From assembly GCF_017874375.1 (NCBI RefSeq), contig NZ_JAGGLK010000001.1:566150-598149 (forward strand): a stretch of DNA of 32,000 nt. Direction: 5' to 3'. The notes under the pieces were generated by a model. The model ran no database searches. It was not told the DNA's origin and was given only the letters and a program-made list of their open reading frames with translations. Below, piece after piece: positions 8,399-16,877 of the stretch. The stretch is from Methanohalophilus levihalophilus. GTDB taxonomy: Archaea > Halobacteriota > Methanosarcinia > Methanosarcinales > Methanosarcinaceae. Position numbers and translations under genes: made by a program. Each line of letters opens with the position of its first letter. The first letter of the stretch is position 1.

Positions 8399-8890
8399 TT
8401 ATTTTTCTTTCATGGATACAGACATATCCGCATCAAAAAGGTAGTCAAATTTGAGTTTATCCGTCCAGCCGCGAACATCAAAAGTGGACTGGAAGCATAG
8501 TCCAATCAATAAATTCCTGTCAGAATCCTCAAATATATTTGCAAGAAGCTCATTTGCGGCTTCTATATCAATACCTATTTTTGACATTGAAAGACCGCCT
8601 AAAAGTACAACTGTGTCAGCGTGGTAATCAATAGACTTGCCTATTTGCATCCCGTAATCGGTAGGAATTATGGCTTTTGCCCCATCAACATCGTCCTTTA
8701 CAATGAAACCCAGTTCCGCAGGATTTTTGCGCATGGCATATGCTGCAAGCTCGGCAAAAGGTGTGCAAAAACCAGCTGTACCAACAAAAATTACTTTTTT
8801 GGAATCCCGGGTAACCTCGGCTAATCCGCGAAGCATTCCTCCGAGACCTTCGGAGGTTTCAATAACATTCAATACAACCACCCTGAACAA
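8399..8890 (-). CDS. methanogen-conserved hypothetical protein (possibly DUF2124/COG4029-like, from memory)
   Basis: 163 aa from a TTG start 11 nt after the mch stop. The start is uncertain, and an internal ATG (MLRGLAEV) is possible. It has a Rossmann-like KKVIFVGTAGFC strand. It is co-directional with and tightly linked to mch. Confidence 0.55.
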   Translation of the reverse strand: MFRVVVLNVIETSEGLGGMLRGLAEVTRDSKKVIFVGTAGFCTPFAELAAYAMRKNPAELGFIVKDDVDGAKAIIPTDYGMQIGKSIDYHADTVVLLGGLSMSKIGIDIEAANELLANIFEDSDRNLLIGLCFQSTFDVRGWTDKLKFDYLFDADMSVSMKEK

Positions 8891-8901
8891 AAGAAAGGAG
8901 G

Positions 8902-9861
8902 TTAGACCTCCTTGATTCCAAAAGATTCGAGAAGAATTGGTGAGTTGATGTGACCTGAAGTATAAGACTTCTGGGTAGCAACATCGTTGATTGTTACCTT
9001 TGCAGGCGCAAACATTCCCGCATCAACCTTAAAGAAATCGAAGTTAGCTTCCTTGAAAGTTGTGAAGAATGGTTTTCCAAAGTCTTTTGATGTGGTTGAA
9101 GGTGCTTTCTTGACAAAGTCTTCAAGATCCTCCTGACCATAATCTACTGTGTAGTATGTTTCACCACAATAGATGATACAATCGTTTGTGGATCCCATAC
9201 ACTTAGTGTCATCTCCCACAACAGGTGCTATTGGAGTTACACCGAAACCGCTCTTGATTGAATTAATGTCAAAACCAATGGATTCAAGTTTGTGAATGCC
9301 TGTCTCTACGATACGTGCGGAAATCTGTACGGAACCAGCGATTGAGGATGTGGGCGCAACAGCAATGTAAACGTTTTCAGGGTCAACACTGCAGTGCTTT
9401 GCAATGTACTCAACAATTTCCTCATCTGGAAGAGCACCGGATTCCATAACAAGAACTGCGGCTTCAGAGTCATCCTTGTAACCGATTTCCTCGTAGAGTT
9501 CTTTTGGTTTGAGACCAAGTGCACGAGCAGGACCGGAACCCATTCCAAAGTACTTGCCAACTGATATCCTCCAGCCGGCATACTGGGAACCCATACATGC
9601 AACAATCGGATGATCAGTAACAACCTGGATTGCAGGAACTGGAAGCCCTTCCAGATCAAATTTTGTGTAGGTAATCTCTGCCAGGTCTGCAAGACAAAGA
9701 CGGGAAAGGTACATACCTGCATCATATCCACCCTCTACGTTGACACCACAGTCAATGATAGTAGCACCATTTTCAAGTTGGCTGGATTCTACCTTGATTT
9801 CTTCTTCCCAGTCAAGCATTTCATCGATTATAGCAAGTCCCTTTTCGTTGACACTAATCAT
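8902..9861 (-). CDS. mch: methenyltetrahydromethanopterin cyclohydrolase
   Basis: 319 aa with full-length resemblance to Mch (…[30 protein letters not shown]…[10 protein letters not shown]…[10 protein letters not shown]…[20 protein letters not shown]…). An AGGTGAT SD precedes the ATG. Confidence 0.95.
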   Translation of the reverse strand: MISVNEKGLAIIDEMLDWEEEIKVESSQLENGATIIDCGVNVEGGYDAGMYLSRLCLADLAEITYTKFDLEGLPVPAIQVVTDHPIVACMGSQYAGWRISVGKYFGMGSGPARALGLKPKELYEEIGYKDDSEAAVLVMESGALPDEEIVEYIAKHCSVDPENVYIAVAPTSSIAGSVQISARIVETGIHKLESIGFDINSIKSGFGVTPIAPVVGDDTKCMGSTNDCIIYCGETYYTVDYGQEDLEDFVKKAPSTTSKDFGKPFFTTFKEANFDFFKVDAGMFAPAKVTINDVATQKSYTSGHINSPILLESFGIKEV

Positions 9862-9941
9862 GTTATCACCTTTGTAAAAGACAAAGCAAAAAAGCTATCT
9901 GAATATAAATATTTGCCGATAAGGCTCAATGACTATAATGC

Positions 9942-9991
9942 AAAAATAAAATCGAAAAGGAAAAATGGAACATCCGCAAGTTCGGATGTTC
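9942..9991 (-). terminator. intrinsic-type terminator: 9-bp hairpin plus a T-rich tail
   Basis: GAACATCCG (9968-9976) pairs with CGGATGTTC (9983-9991). On the minus strand it is followed by CATTTTTCCTTTTCGATTTTATTTTT, directly after the stop of the PEF-CTERM gene. Confidence 0.55.
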
Positions 9992-10005
9992 AGAAAAGCC
10001 AGTAA

Positions 10006-10629
10006 TTACTCTTCCCTGCGTTGCTGGAATATAAATGCCAGTCCGATGACTGCGGCAATTGGCAAAGCAACCGTTGGAAATTCAGGGATTTCTTCCTGAC
10101 AGCCGTTAAATCCTACCTTATACACTGTAACATGCTTTGCAGAGCCCGTATCTTCCTGGTTTATTTCAATGGTATGGGTATCATAATCAAGACCGGAAAT
10201 ATAGACATATCTCATAGTCTGATTTACTAAGGGAAGACGAAGAGGAACATCATCAGCATCGGTATCACCTTCCCATACCCAGTTCCCATCGATGTAAATA
10301 CTTGCATTTCCTTCATTGCTGTCACTGGCAAACTGGACGCAGATACAACTGGACGGAAGAAGTGTATTAACAACCATGGAGCCACTTCCATCAGTTGATG
10401 TAAGGGCAAGTCTTCCATCAGTTCCATCAACCCATGTAGGACCGGTTATCGATGTGATATTCAATAGATCCGTATCAGGATTATTGAAGGCTGGATCTCC
10501 GTATATCCAGTAAGAAGGGCTGCAAACACCTTCGTTGAATTCCACATTTAACTGCACATCTGATGCTGCACCCACAAATGAAAACAGCATTAAAAGGGTA
10601 ACTGTAAGCACCACAATTTTGTTTAACAT
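10006..10629 (-). CDS. secreted protein with a PEF-CTERM archaeal sorting signal
   Basis: I prefer ATG 10629 (GGTGG SD 6 nt upstream). Signal peptide: MLNKIVVLTVTLLMLFSFVGAAS. The C-terminus EEIPEFPTVALPIAAVIGLAFIFQQRREE consists of a PEF motif, a TM helix and a basic tail. Confidence 0.75.
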   Translation of the reverse strand: MLNKIVVLTVTLLMLFSFVGAASDVQLNVEFNEGVCSPSYWIYGDPAFNNPDTDLLNITSITGPTWVDGTDGRLALTSTDGSGSMVVNTLLPSSCICVQFASDSNEGNASIYIDGNWVWEGDTDADDVPLRLPLVNQTMRYVYISGLDYDTHTIEINQEDTGSAKHVTVYKVGFNGCQEEIPEFPTVALPIAAVIGLAFIFQQRREE

Positions 10630-10893
10630 ATTCAACCACCAACCTATTTATTTAGAAATTAAATTCCGTAAATAAAATAAGAACCTCAAATAATATAAAC
10701 ATTATCCAAATATTAAAGAAGTGATAATAATCCTCATTATGATGTGAAAGAGAAAATTGAATAAGAATTTACCATTTGTTTAATGGTTCGCTTTGCCAAA
10801 TATGTCCCATTTCACCAATTTGGAAAGTAGTTGAAAAAATATCTCGATATACCACAACAAATCCAATTAAGAGAAATTAAAGATTTTCTACAT

Positions 10894-11031
10894 AAAAAAA
10901 CAACTAAAACCAGTGGCGGAGTATACATGTCACGTGCTTGGTGGTATTTAAGAACTAAATGTGACAGAATCCCGATGAAAGCGTGTTCGGTAGGCAATAG
11001 AATGGGATCTACTCCGCCTATGGTAGTACAT
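10894..11031 (-). ncRNA. candidate structured small RNA (unclassified; strand tentative)
   Basis: A GC-rich 9-bp closing helix, GGCGGAGTA (10915-10923) with TACTCCGCC (11010-11018), encloses two hairpins: TGTCACGT/ATGTGACA at 10928-10966 and ATCCC/GGGAT at 10969-11008. On the minus strand a TTTAAATA box lies at 11061-11054, about 40 nt upstream, and a T7 tract (10900-10894) lies 15 nt downstream. Confidence 0.2.
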
Positions 11032-11232
11032 TAGTAGTGTATGTACAAATTCGTATTTAAACAACTAAGACAAATGGTTTCGAAACACAGGTCCTTCTAG
11101 TTTCGAAGAATAAGTTGCTTGCACTTCTTTTTAAATAAAACTACAAAAAACATTCATTGAGAAGAAGTAAATCAAACAGGACCACAAATCGCGATACATT
11201 GTTGTTACTTGCAGTAAGAGACAATGATAGAG

Positions 11233-11317
11233 CGCTGAGGGGGAGATTCGAACTCCCGAGGCGCGCTGCACCACCGGTTTTCAAGACCGGCGCCGTAGTC
11301 CACTTGGCTACCTCAGC
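11233..11317 (-). tRNA. tRNA-Ser (anticodon UGA)
   Basis: Minus-strand read: GCTGAGG TA GCCA AGTGGACTA CGGC G CCGGT CTTGAAA ACCGG TGGTGCAGCGCGCCTC GGGAG TTCGAAT CTCCC CCTCAGC G. It has a 7-bp acceptor stem, a TTCGAAT T-loop, a class-II long variable arm and anticodon TGA. CCA is not encoded. Confidence 0.9.
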
Positions 11318-11376
11318 AATAAGAAATAGGCGCACTGAGAACAGTACTAATGCTATAAAAGGATAGCGAAGAGGAA

Positions 11377-12093
11377 TTACTCTTCGCTGACTTCAGTTTC
11401 CTCAGATTCTGCCACTGGAGCTGCAGATTCCGGAGGGTAGGTTTCAACGTACTGGACTTTTTCCATTCCAATATTTTCAATAATCTGGGTTGCTATCTGG
11501 CCTTTAGCCATGAGCCAGCGCTGGTTGAAGGTAAGACCAAGAGGAACTTCAATTAATGCAGTTTTATCCTCAATTGAAACCTCAATTTCCGGTATGCCTG
11601 TATAGAGAGTCAGTAAACCAATGATCTTTGCAGCGTCTTCCTCAAGTTTGGATTCAATTGTGTAGTCATAGGTTACGGTCTTGCCTGCAAGGGGATGGTT
11701 GAAGTCAACACGTGCCCGCCTTCCAATTACTTTGACAACAACGCCGCGTTTGCCGTTAACTTCCACATTCATACCAGGCTGAATGTCTTTCTTCTCAAAA
11801 CGGTTTATAGGAAGAGATTCCACAAGCTTTGGATCATGTGTGCCAAATCCTTTTTCAGGAGGTATGTCAACGGTTCCGGAATAACCAACCTTCTTGCCAA
11901 TGAAATCCTCATCAAGACCCTGGATTGTGTGACCGGCACCGACAACAATCACATCGCCACCATAAACTCCACGTGGATTATAAATCTCGCTTTCCTTTGC
12001 AAGCTCTTCATCGGTTGTATCAAAAATGTTATCTTCGTCAAACTTTCCTGTATATGATACTTTTATAAAATCGCCTTTCTCGATTGTCAACAT
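11377..12093 (-). CDS. FKBP-type peptidyl-prolyl cis-trans isomerase (long archaeal type with insert-in-flap and C-terminal domain)
   Basis: 238 aa from ATG 12093. FKBP motifs are present: GDFIKVSYTGK...FDTT, VGAGHTIQGLDEDFIGKKVG and HPLAGKTVTYDYTI. The C-terminal tail is acidic. Confidence 0.9.
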   Translation of the reverse strand: MLTIEKGDFIKVSYTGKFDEDNIFDTTDEELAKESEIYNPRGVYGGDVIVVGAGHTIQGLDEDFIGKKVGYSGTVDIPPEKGFGTHDPKLVESLPINRFEKKDIQPGMNVEVNGKRGVVVKVIGRRARVDFNHPLAGKTVTYDYTIESKLEEDAAKIIGLLTLYTGIPEIEVSIEDKTALIEVPLGLTFNQRWLMAKGQIATQIIENIGMEKVQYVETYPPESAAPVAESEETEVSEE

Positions 12094-12454
12094 AATCAAC
12101 TCTGTGTATTTGTATATTACAATAAAGTGTATGTTTGAGGTCTTCTGGCTATAGAACTCTGCCTTTATATAACTTTTTGGAACAAAACAAGGATAGCTTT
12201 CCCGCTACCTGCCGTATTGAATATAAAAAGAAAAAACTGAATTTTTCAGGGAAGGCGGCATAAAATTGCTTGCTAAACGATTTTCATAGCAATGCCAATG
12301 AACTTACTAAAAGAAAAAGCGGCCACATTAAAAATGCCATTCCATCACAGTATAAATATTAAAGTCAAAGGTAGAAAACATATACAGATTTATATACTTC
12401 GAAAGTAGTCTCATTATTTACCTATTTCAGTCAGAATTATGAGAGGATGGAATA

Positions 12455-14110
12455 ATGGCCGCTCTAAAGAGCAAACTTGAAGCGGAGGCTTTATCTGCAC
12501 CATCATATGAATTGATGGAAGAAACTGACGAAAGCATGGCGAGAATGCTAAGTCGTCTGATCAATAGCAGTCCTGCCGTTGTTATTTTCTGGCAGGGCAA
12601 TGAAAGAAAGAAGCTTGATTCCGCATCTGAAAATGTCAATCAGTTTGGTTACGATGCAGCTTTGCTGAAATCTGGAAAAGTCGCTTTTGATGATATGGTT
12701 CATCCAGAGGATCTTGAATATGTGCATGCCCATTTTATGGACCTGATAGACAAAAGGAAGGACAGCGTTTCTTTTGAATATCGTTTGTACGACATCTCCG
12801 GAGATATCAGATGGGTTTCTGAAACAGTGGTATGCCACAAAAGCAAATCAGATCTGAATTACGCCAGCATTATTATTGATATTACATCCCGAAAGGAAGC
12901 AGAAAAAACACTGCTTGAGAAAGAGAGGGACATAGCCATTCTTTACTCTGCGTCAAGCCTCGCCTCTGAATCGCTTGATGTTGATGATCTTCTTGACGAA
13001 GTTCTGATGGAAATGGGAGATTTACTGGATATCCGCGCAGGCGGAGTTTATATTATAGATCATGAATCAAGGGAAGCGGTTCTTAGGGCATATATAGGAC
13101 CTCATGACGAATATCCCGAAAAAATCCATTACTCGGTTGTTGAAAACCTTTTCAAGGGATCAGCTGACATCCCGTCAAGGCCTCTTGTTGCTGAGGAAAT
13201 TGTAAACGTAGGCGGAGAGATCCAAAAACGCAAGCATCTCCTCTTCCACCTTCATTCAAAAGAGCATATTATGGGCTTTGTCCAGCTCACAATTCCCATA
13301 GAACATGAAATCAGCAAACCAAGTTTGCAGGTTCTTGAACACGTTGGAAAGCATATTGGCGTTGCTATCGAGAATGCGCAACTGTTCGAGGTCACTCAAA
13401 GGGCATATGAAGATCTCAAATCCCTTGACAAACTCAAGAACGAATTCCTTGCTAATTTGACGCATGAACTTAAAACGCCACTTATTTCCATAAAAGGTTT
13501 CAGCAAACTTCTGGATGATGGAAGATTTGGTGAATTAAACGAAGAGCAGAAGAAGGCGAACTCTGCAGTTGTCCGCAACTCAGAAAGGCTTAAACGCCTG
13601 ATAGACTCCCTGCTTTACATAAGCCTGGAAAAAGAAGGCAACTATAAGTATTCTTTTGAAAACCTTGATGTAAATGATGTAGTCAATGATGCCATGGAAA
13701 TTGTCAAAATCCATACCGAAGGAAAAGACATCAAGATAATTCCAAGCATACCTGAGACACTCTCCCCAATTTACGGGGATAAAGAGCGCCTTACAACAAT
13801 GATAGTGAATATACTTGATAATTCTATCAAATTCATCCATAATGAAGGTCAGGTAAAAGTTACCGTCAAAGAAGAAGAAAACGATATCCATATCAAAATA
13901 AAAGACAACGGGATAGGAATTCCAAAAAGTAAAATCCCCCGTGTTTTCGATATCTTCTACCAGATTGATGGTTCAACTACAAGATCTTACAATGGAATTG
14001 GCCTTGGGCTTCACATTTGCAAGAAAATTGCAGAAGTCCATAACGGAAGTGTCTGGGTCAAAAGTCTGGAAGGGTTTGGGACCACTACCCACATTCGCCT
14101 TCCAAAATAA
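12455..14110 (+). CDS. cytoplasmic sensor histidine kinase (PAS + GAF + HisKA + HATPase_c)
   Basis: 551 aa with no TM segment. PAS-like region: VHPEDLEYVHAHF...YRLYDISGDIRWV. A GAF-like middle region follows. H-box: LTHELKTPL. N-box: ILDNSIKF. G-boxes: DNGIGIP and GIGLGLHICKKI. A GAGAGGATGG SD is present. No response regulator lies adjacent. Confidence 0.9.
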   Translation: MAALKSKLEAEALSAPSYELMEETDESMARMLSRLINSSPAVVIFWQGNERKKLDSASENVNQFGYDAALLKSGKVAFDDMVHPEDLEYVHAHFMDLIDKRKDSVSFEYRLYDISGDIRWVSETVVCHKSKSDLNYASIIIDITSRKEAEKTLLEKERDIAILYSASSLASESLDVDDLLDEVLMEMGDLLDIRAGGVYIIDHESREAVLRAYIGPHDEYPEKIHYSVVENLFKGSADIPSRPLVAEEIVNVGGEIQKRKHLLFHLHSKEHIMGFVQLTIPIEHEISKPSLQVLEHVGKHIGVAIENAQLFEVTQRAYEDLKSLDKLKNEFLANLTHELKTPLISIKGFSKLLDDGRFGELNEEQKKANSAVVRNSERLKRLIDSLLYISLEKEGNYKYSFENLDVNDVVNDAMEIVKIHTEGKDIKIIPSIPETLSPIYGDKERLTTMIVNILDNSIKFIHNEGQVKVTVKEEENDIHIKIKDNGIGIPKSKIPRVFDIFYQIDGSTTRSYNGIGLGLHICKKIAEVHNGSVWVKSLEGFGTTTHIRLPK

Positions 14111-14113
14111 TCC

Positions 14114-14154
14114 TTTTTGAATTGATCAATAAGGATAGTATTTTTTGGGTTTTT
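14114..14154 (+). terminator. oligo-T tracts after the histidine kinase gene
   Basis: T5 lies at 14114-14118, T6 at 14141-14146 and T5 at 14150-14154, just after the TAA at 14108-14110. This is the archaeal oligo-T terminator style. Confidence 0.35.
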
Positions 14155-14219
14155 GAATATTACCAGAAGTAATATATAGTCTTGCAACTATTACTGGAAC
14201 ATATCAGCGAGGTCGGAAT

Positions 14220-15722
14220 ATGGTTGAGAAATCGATTAAGGAAATTAATAGTCGAATTGAGGACGGTAGTGTAAATGTAGTAACAGCCGAGGAAATGGTT
14301 GATATCGTTGTAGACTTAGGCGCAGAAGGCGCTTCAAGGGAAGTTGATGTCGTTACGACAGGCACTTTCGGTGCGATGTGCTCATCCGGCGTCTGGCTCA
14401 ATTTCGGGCATTCCGAACCCCCTATTAAAATGAACAAAGTCTGGCTCAACAATGTTGAAGCTTATACCGGAGTTGCGGCAGTTGATGCCTTTATCGGAGC
14501 AACCCAATTATCCGAAACAGAAGGGATGGCCTATGGCGGAGCTCACCTAATAGAAGATCTGATAAGGGGCAAGTCCGTTGATGTCCACGCTACTGCATAT
14601 GGCACTGACTGTTATCCGAGAAAGGTGCTTGATACAAGCATAAACATTTACGATCTTAACCAGGCAATCATGATGAACCCCCGCAATGCCTATCAGAAAT
14701 ACAATGCTGCGACCAACGGTTCAAATCACAAAATATACACTTACATGGGTACCCTCCTGCCAAATTTGGGGAATGTCACGTATTCCGGAGCAGGAGTCCT
14801 GTCTCCAATGCATAATGATCCAAACTATGAAACAATAGGAATGGGAACAAGGATTTTCCTTGGAGGAACACAGGGATATGTAATCGGAGAAGGAACCCAG
14901 CATTCACCGCAAAGCAATTTCGGAACAATAATGCTGCGTGGGAACCTTAAGGAAATGAGTTCCGATTACATCCGTGCCTCCACATTCGAGGGATACGGCA
15001 CATCACTTTACGTTGGTATGGGAATACCTATACCGATTATTAATGAAAAGGTTGCTTTAGCTACCGCAATTACAGATGCAGACATAACAACAAACCTGCT
15101 GGATTACGGTGTTCCCAGCCGGGACAGACCAAAATTGGGCGAAGTCACCTACGAAGAGCTCAGATCCGGCACAATCGATTTCAATGGAAAGGAAATTCCG
15201 ACCTCTTCGATGTCAAGTTTCAAGATGGCAAGAAAAATCGCAGGCGAATTAAAGCAATGGATAAAAGAGGGGGATTTCTTTGTCACAGAGCCTGTAGAAT
15301 TACTGCCTTCTGATACAGTTTGCAAACCAATGAAACAGACAGATCGCAGTTTACTTGTCCAGGATATCATGGCAACAGAAGTTATTACTATAGATCAGGA
15401 TGCAACGTTCCACAAGGCAGCAAAAACCATAATGGAAAATGACTACGATCACCTTCCGGTAATAAAAGAAGACGGAACAATTGCAGGTATTGTGACTGCA
15501 TGGGACATCTCAAAAGCTGTTGCAGAAGAAGACTACAAGCTCGTAAAGGACATCATGACTAAAAAAGTTATTACTGCCAATGCAACCGACCCAATAGATA
15601 TCGCGGCCCGAAACCTTGATTTTAATGGTGTTTCAGCAATGCCGGTTATTGACAATAAGAGAAAAGTTATTGGTATAATAACCAGTGGCGATATCAGCAA
15701 ACTTATGGCAAGGAGGCAGTAA
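14220..15722 (+). CDS. homocysteine biosynthesis protein, COG1900 domain fused to tandem CBS domains (MA1821/MJ0100 type)
   Basis: 500 aa. The N-terminal ~380 aa match my memory of the COG1900 family (VVTTGTFGAMCSSG...NPRNAYQKYNAATN...GMGIPIP). The C-terminus carries two CBS repeats (VQDIMATEVITI...HLPVI and VKDIMTKKVITA...AMPVID). A GAGGT SD is present. Confidence 0.85.
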   Translation: MVEKSIKEINSRIEDGSVNVVTAEEMVDIVVDLGAEGASREVDVVTTGTFGAMCSSGVWLNFGHSEPPIKMNKVWLNNVEAYTGVAAVDAFIGATQLSETEGMAYGGAHLIEDLIRGKSVDVHATAYGTDCYPRKVLDTSINIYDLNQAIMMNPRNAYQKYNAATNGSNHKIYTYMGTLLPNLGNVTYSGAGVLSPMHNDPNYETIGMGTRIFLGGTQGYVIGEGTQHSPQSNFGTIMLRGNLKEMSSDYIRASTFEGYGTSLYVGMGIPIPIINEKVALATAITDADITTNLLDYGVPSRDRPKLGEVTYEELRSGTIDFNGKEIPTSSMSSFKMARKIAGELKQWIKEGDFFVTEPVELLPSDTVCKPMKQTDRSLLVQDIMATEVITIDQDATFHKAAKTIMENDYDHLPVIKEDGTIAGIVTAWDISKAVAEEDYKLVKDIMTKKVITANATDPIDIAARNLDFNGVSAMPVIDNKRKVIGIITSGDISKLMARRQ

Positions 15723-15724
15723 CA

Positions 15725-16111
15725 ATGATGTTCAAAATCAATATTTCAGCAGATATTGTCAGTGAACCAATAATTGCAGATTCAATTCTAGAAACAAAAG
15801 TGAGCCTCAACATATCGCAGGCGCATTTTGATGCTAATCATGGGGAAATAATAGCCGAAGTGGAAAATTCCCATTTCCGGAAAATAAAAGATGCACTCAC
15901 ATCGAAAGGGGCTGAAATAACAATCCTTGACAATCCGATAATCAGGGATGAGGAGGAATGCGTGGAATGCGGTGCCTGTATCTCTGTCTGCCCGGTAAAA
16001 GTCTTCTCGTTCGATAAGGAATGGAGTCTGCAGATGGATGCTGACAAATGTATCCAGTGCGGAACATGCCTCAAAATGTGTCCGCATAATGCCCTTATTC
16101 TTGAACTCTAA
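15725..16111 (+). CDS. NIL-domain / 2x[4Fe-4S] ferredoxin protein (MA1822 type)
   Basis: 128 aa. The N-terminal NIL-like domain is followed by [12 protein letters not shown] and [12 protein letters not shown]. It starts 2 nt after the previous stop, with an AGGAGG SD inside the upstream gene. Confidence 0.85.
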   Translation: MMFKINISADIVSEPIIADSILETKVSLNISQAHFDANHGEIIAEVENSHFRKIKDALTSKGAEITILDNPIIRDEEECVECGACISVCPVKVFSFDKEWSLQMDADKCIQCGTCLKMCPHNALILEL

Positions 16112-16122
16112 GGACAATAACT

Positions 16123-16836
16123 ATGCAAGAGCTTTACAGGCTCAAGGAAACAATTGTTACAATAAAGGCAGACAAACAGGAATACATTGAAGTCGCCAAG
16201 AAATCAATTATTTCAAGCCGGAATCTCCTTGAGCACTATATTGTAAGAGACCCATATTTCAAAATCAATCTTGAGCCCCACGAATGTCGGGAAAACGCAC
16301 CGGAAATTGCCCTCAGGATGGCAAATGCATCGCAAAAAGTTGGTATTGGTCCGATGAGTGCTGTGGCCGGGACAATTTCATCATTTGCAGTAGAGGCGAT
16401 GAAAGAAGCAGGGGCAACTTACGCAGTAGTAGATAATGGTGGTGACATTGCATATATTACTGACAGAGCACTTCATGTCGGAATTTATGCAGGAGCCTCA
16501 CCTGTAAAAGATCTGGCATTTGTTATCAATCCAACCCGGGATGTTAAAGGAATCTGCACTTCTTCAGGAACAGTCGGGCCGTCAATCAGTTTTGGAATGG
16601 CAGATGCGGCGATTGTGTTTTCAAACAATGTATCCCTGGCGGATGCTGCGGCAACAGCGCTTGGAAATGCCACGGATATCGGGCCTGCAGCTGTTGAAGA
16701 AGCTTTCAGCATTGTAAAAGGAGTAGATGAAATCGAGGGCGCAATGGTAATACAGGGAGAAAATGTCGGAATGTGGGGCAAACTCCCGGAAATAATACGC
16801 TCGAAAGTGGATTATGATTGTATAACGAAAGGATAA
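16123..16836 (+). CDS. UPF0280 / COG2122 ApbE-like protein (MA1715 type, sulfide assimilation)
   Basis: 237 aa. Motifs [21 protein letters not shown] and [20 protein letters not shown] are typical of UPF0280 proteins as I recall them. An 11-nt spacer separates it from the NIL-ferredoxin gene. Confidence 0.8.
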   Translation: MQELYRLKETIVTIKADKQEYIEVAKKSIISSRNLLEHYIVRDPYFKINLEPHECRENAPEIALRMANASQKVGIGPMSAVAGTISSFAVEAMKEAGATYAVVDNGGDIAYITDRALHVGIYAGASPVKDLAFVINPTRDVKGICTSSGTVGPSISFGMADAAIVFSNNVSLADAAATALGNATDIGPAAVEEAFSIVKGVDEIEGAMVIQGENVGMWGKLPEIIRSKVDYDCITKG

Positions 16837-16877
16837 GAGGGGGAAAAAACTGCCACATGAGCCTTTCCCGCCAAATA

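Noticed and set aside
10739-10745. C-box-like ATGATGT suggesting a C/D box sRNA
   Set aside because: The last position mismatches the RUGAUGA consensus. No CTGA D box lies within the next ~70 nt and there are no terminal pairing stems.
10831-11034. 67-aa TTG-initiated ORF in the tRNA-proximal gap
   Set aside because: It has no SD and an odd composition. It overlaps the structured element, which explains the sequence better.
11076-11107. Direct repeat GTTTCGAA (11077 and 11100), the first inside the palindrome GTTTCGAAAC
   Set aside because: The 8-mers are short, there is no third copy, and I cannot tie them to a gene. This may be chance in a 600-bp gap.
10636-11232. Possibility that the gap beside tRNA-Ser holds the SRP (7S) RNA gene, as in some methanogens
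   Set aside because: The region is AT-rich. It lacks the long GC-rich helices and the helix-8 GGAA/AGCA-type motifs expected of a ~300-nt archaeal SRP RNA. Only a ~100-nt structured core is visible.
11141-11366. ORFs of 64 and 69 aa overlapping the tRNA locus
   Set aside because: Both are explained by the tRNA-Ser gene, whose GC-rich stems give open frames on both strands.
12291-12407. 38-aa ORF (MPMNLLKEK...) upstream of the histidine kinase
   Set aside because: It has no SD, is Lys/Ile-rich and lies within the promoter region, with TATA-like boxes inside it.
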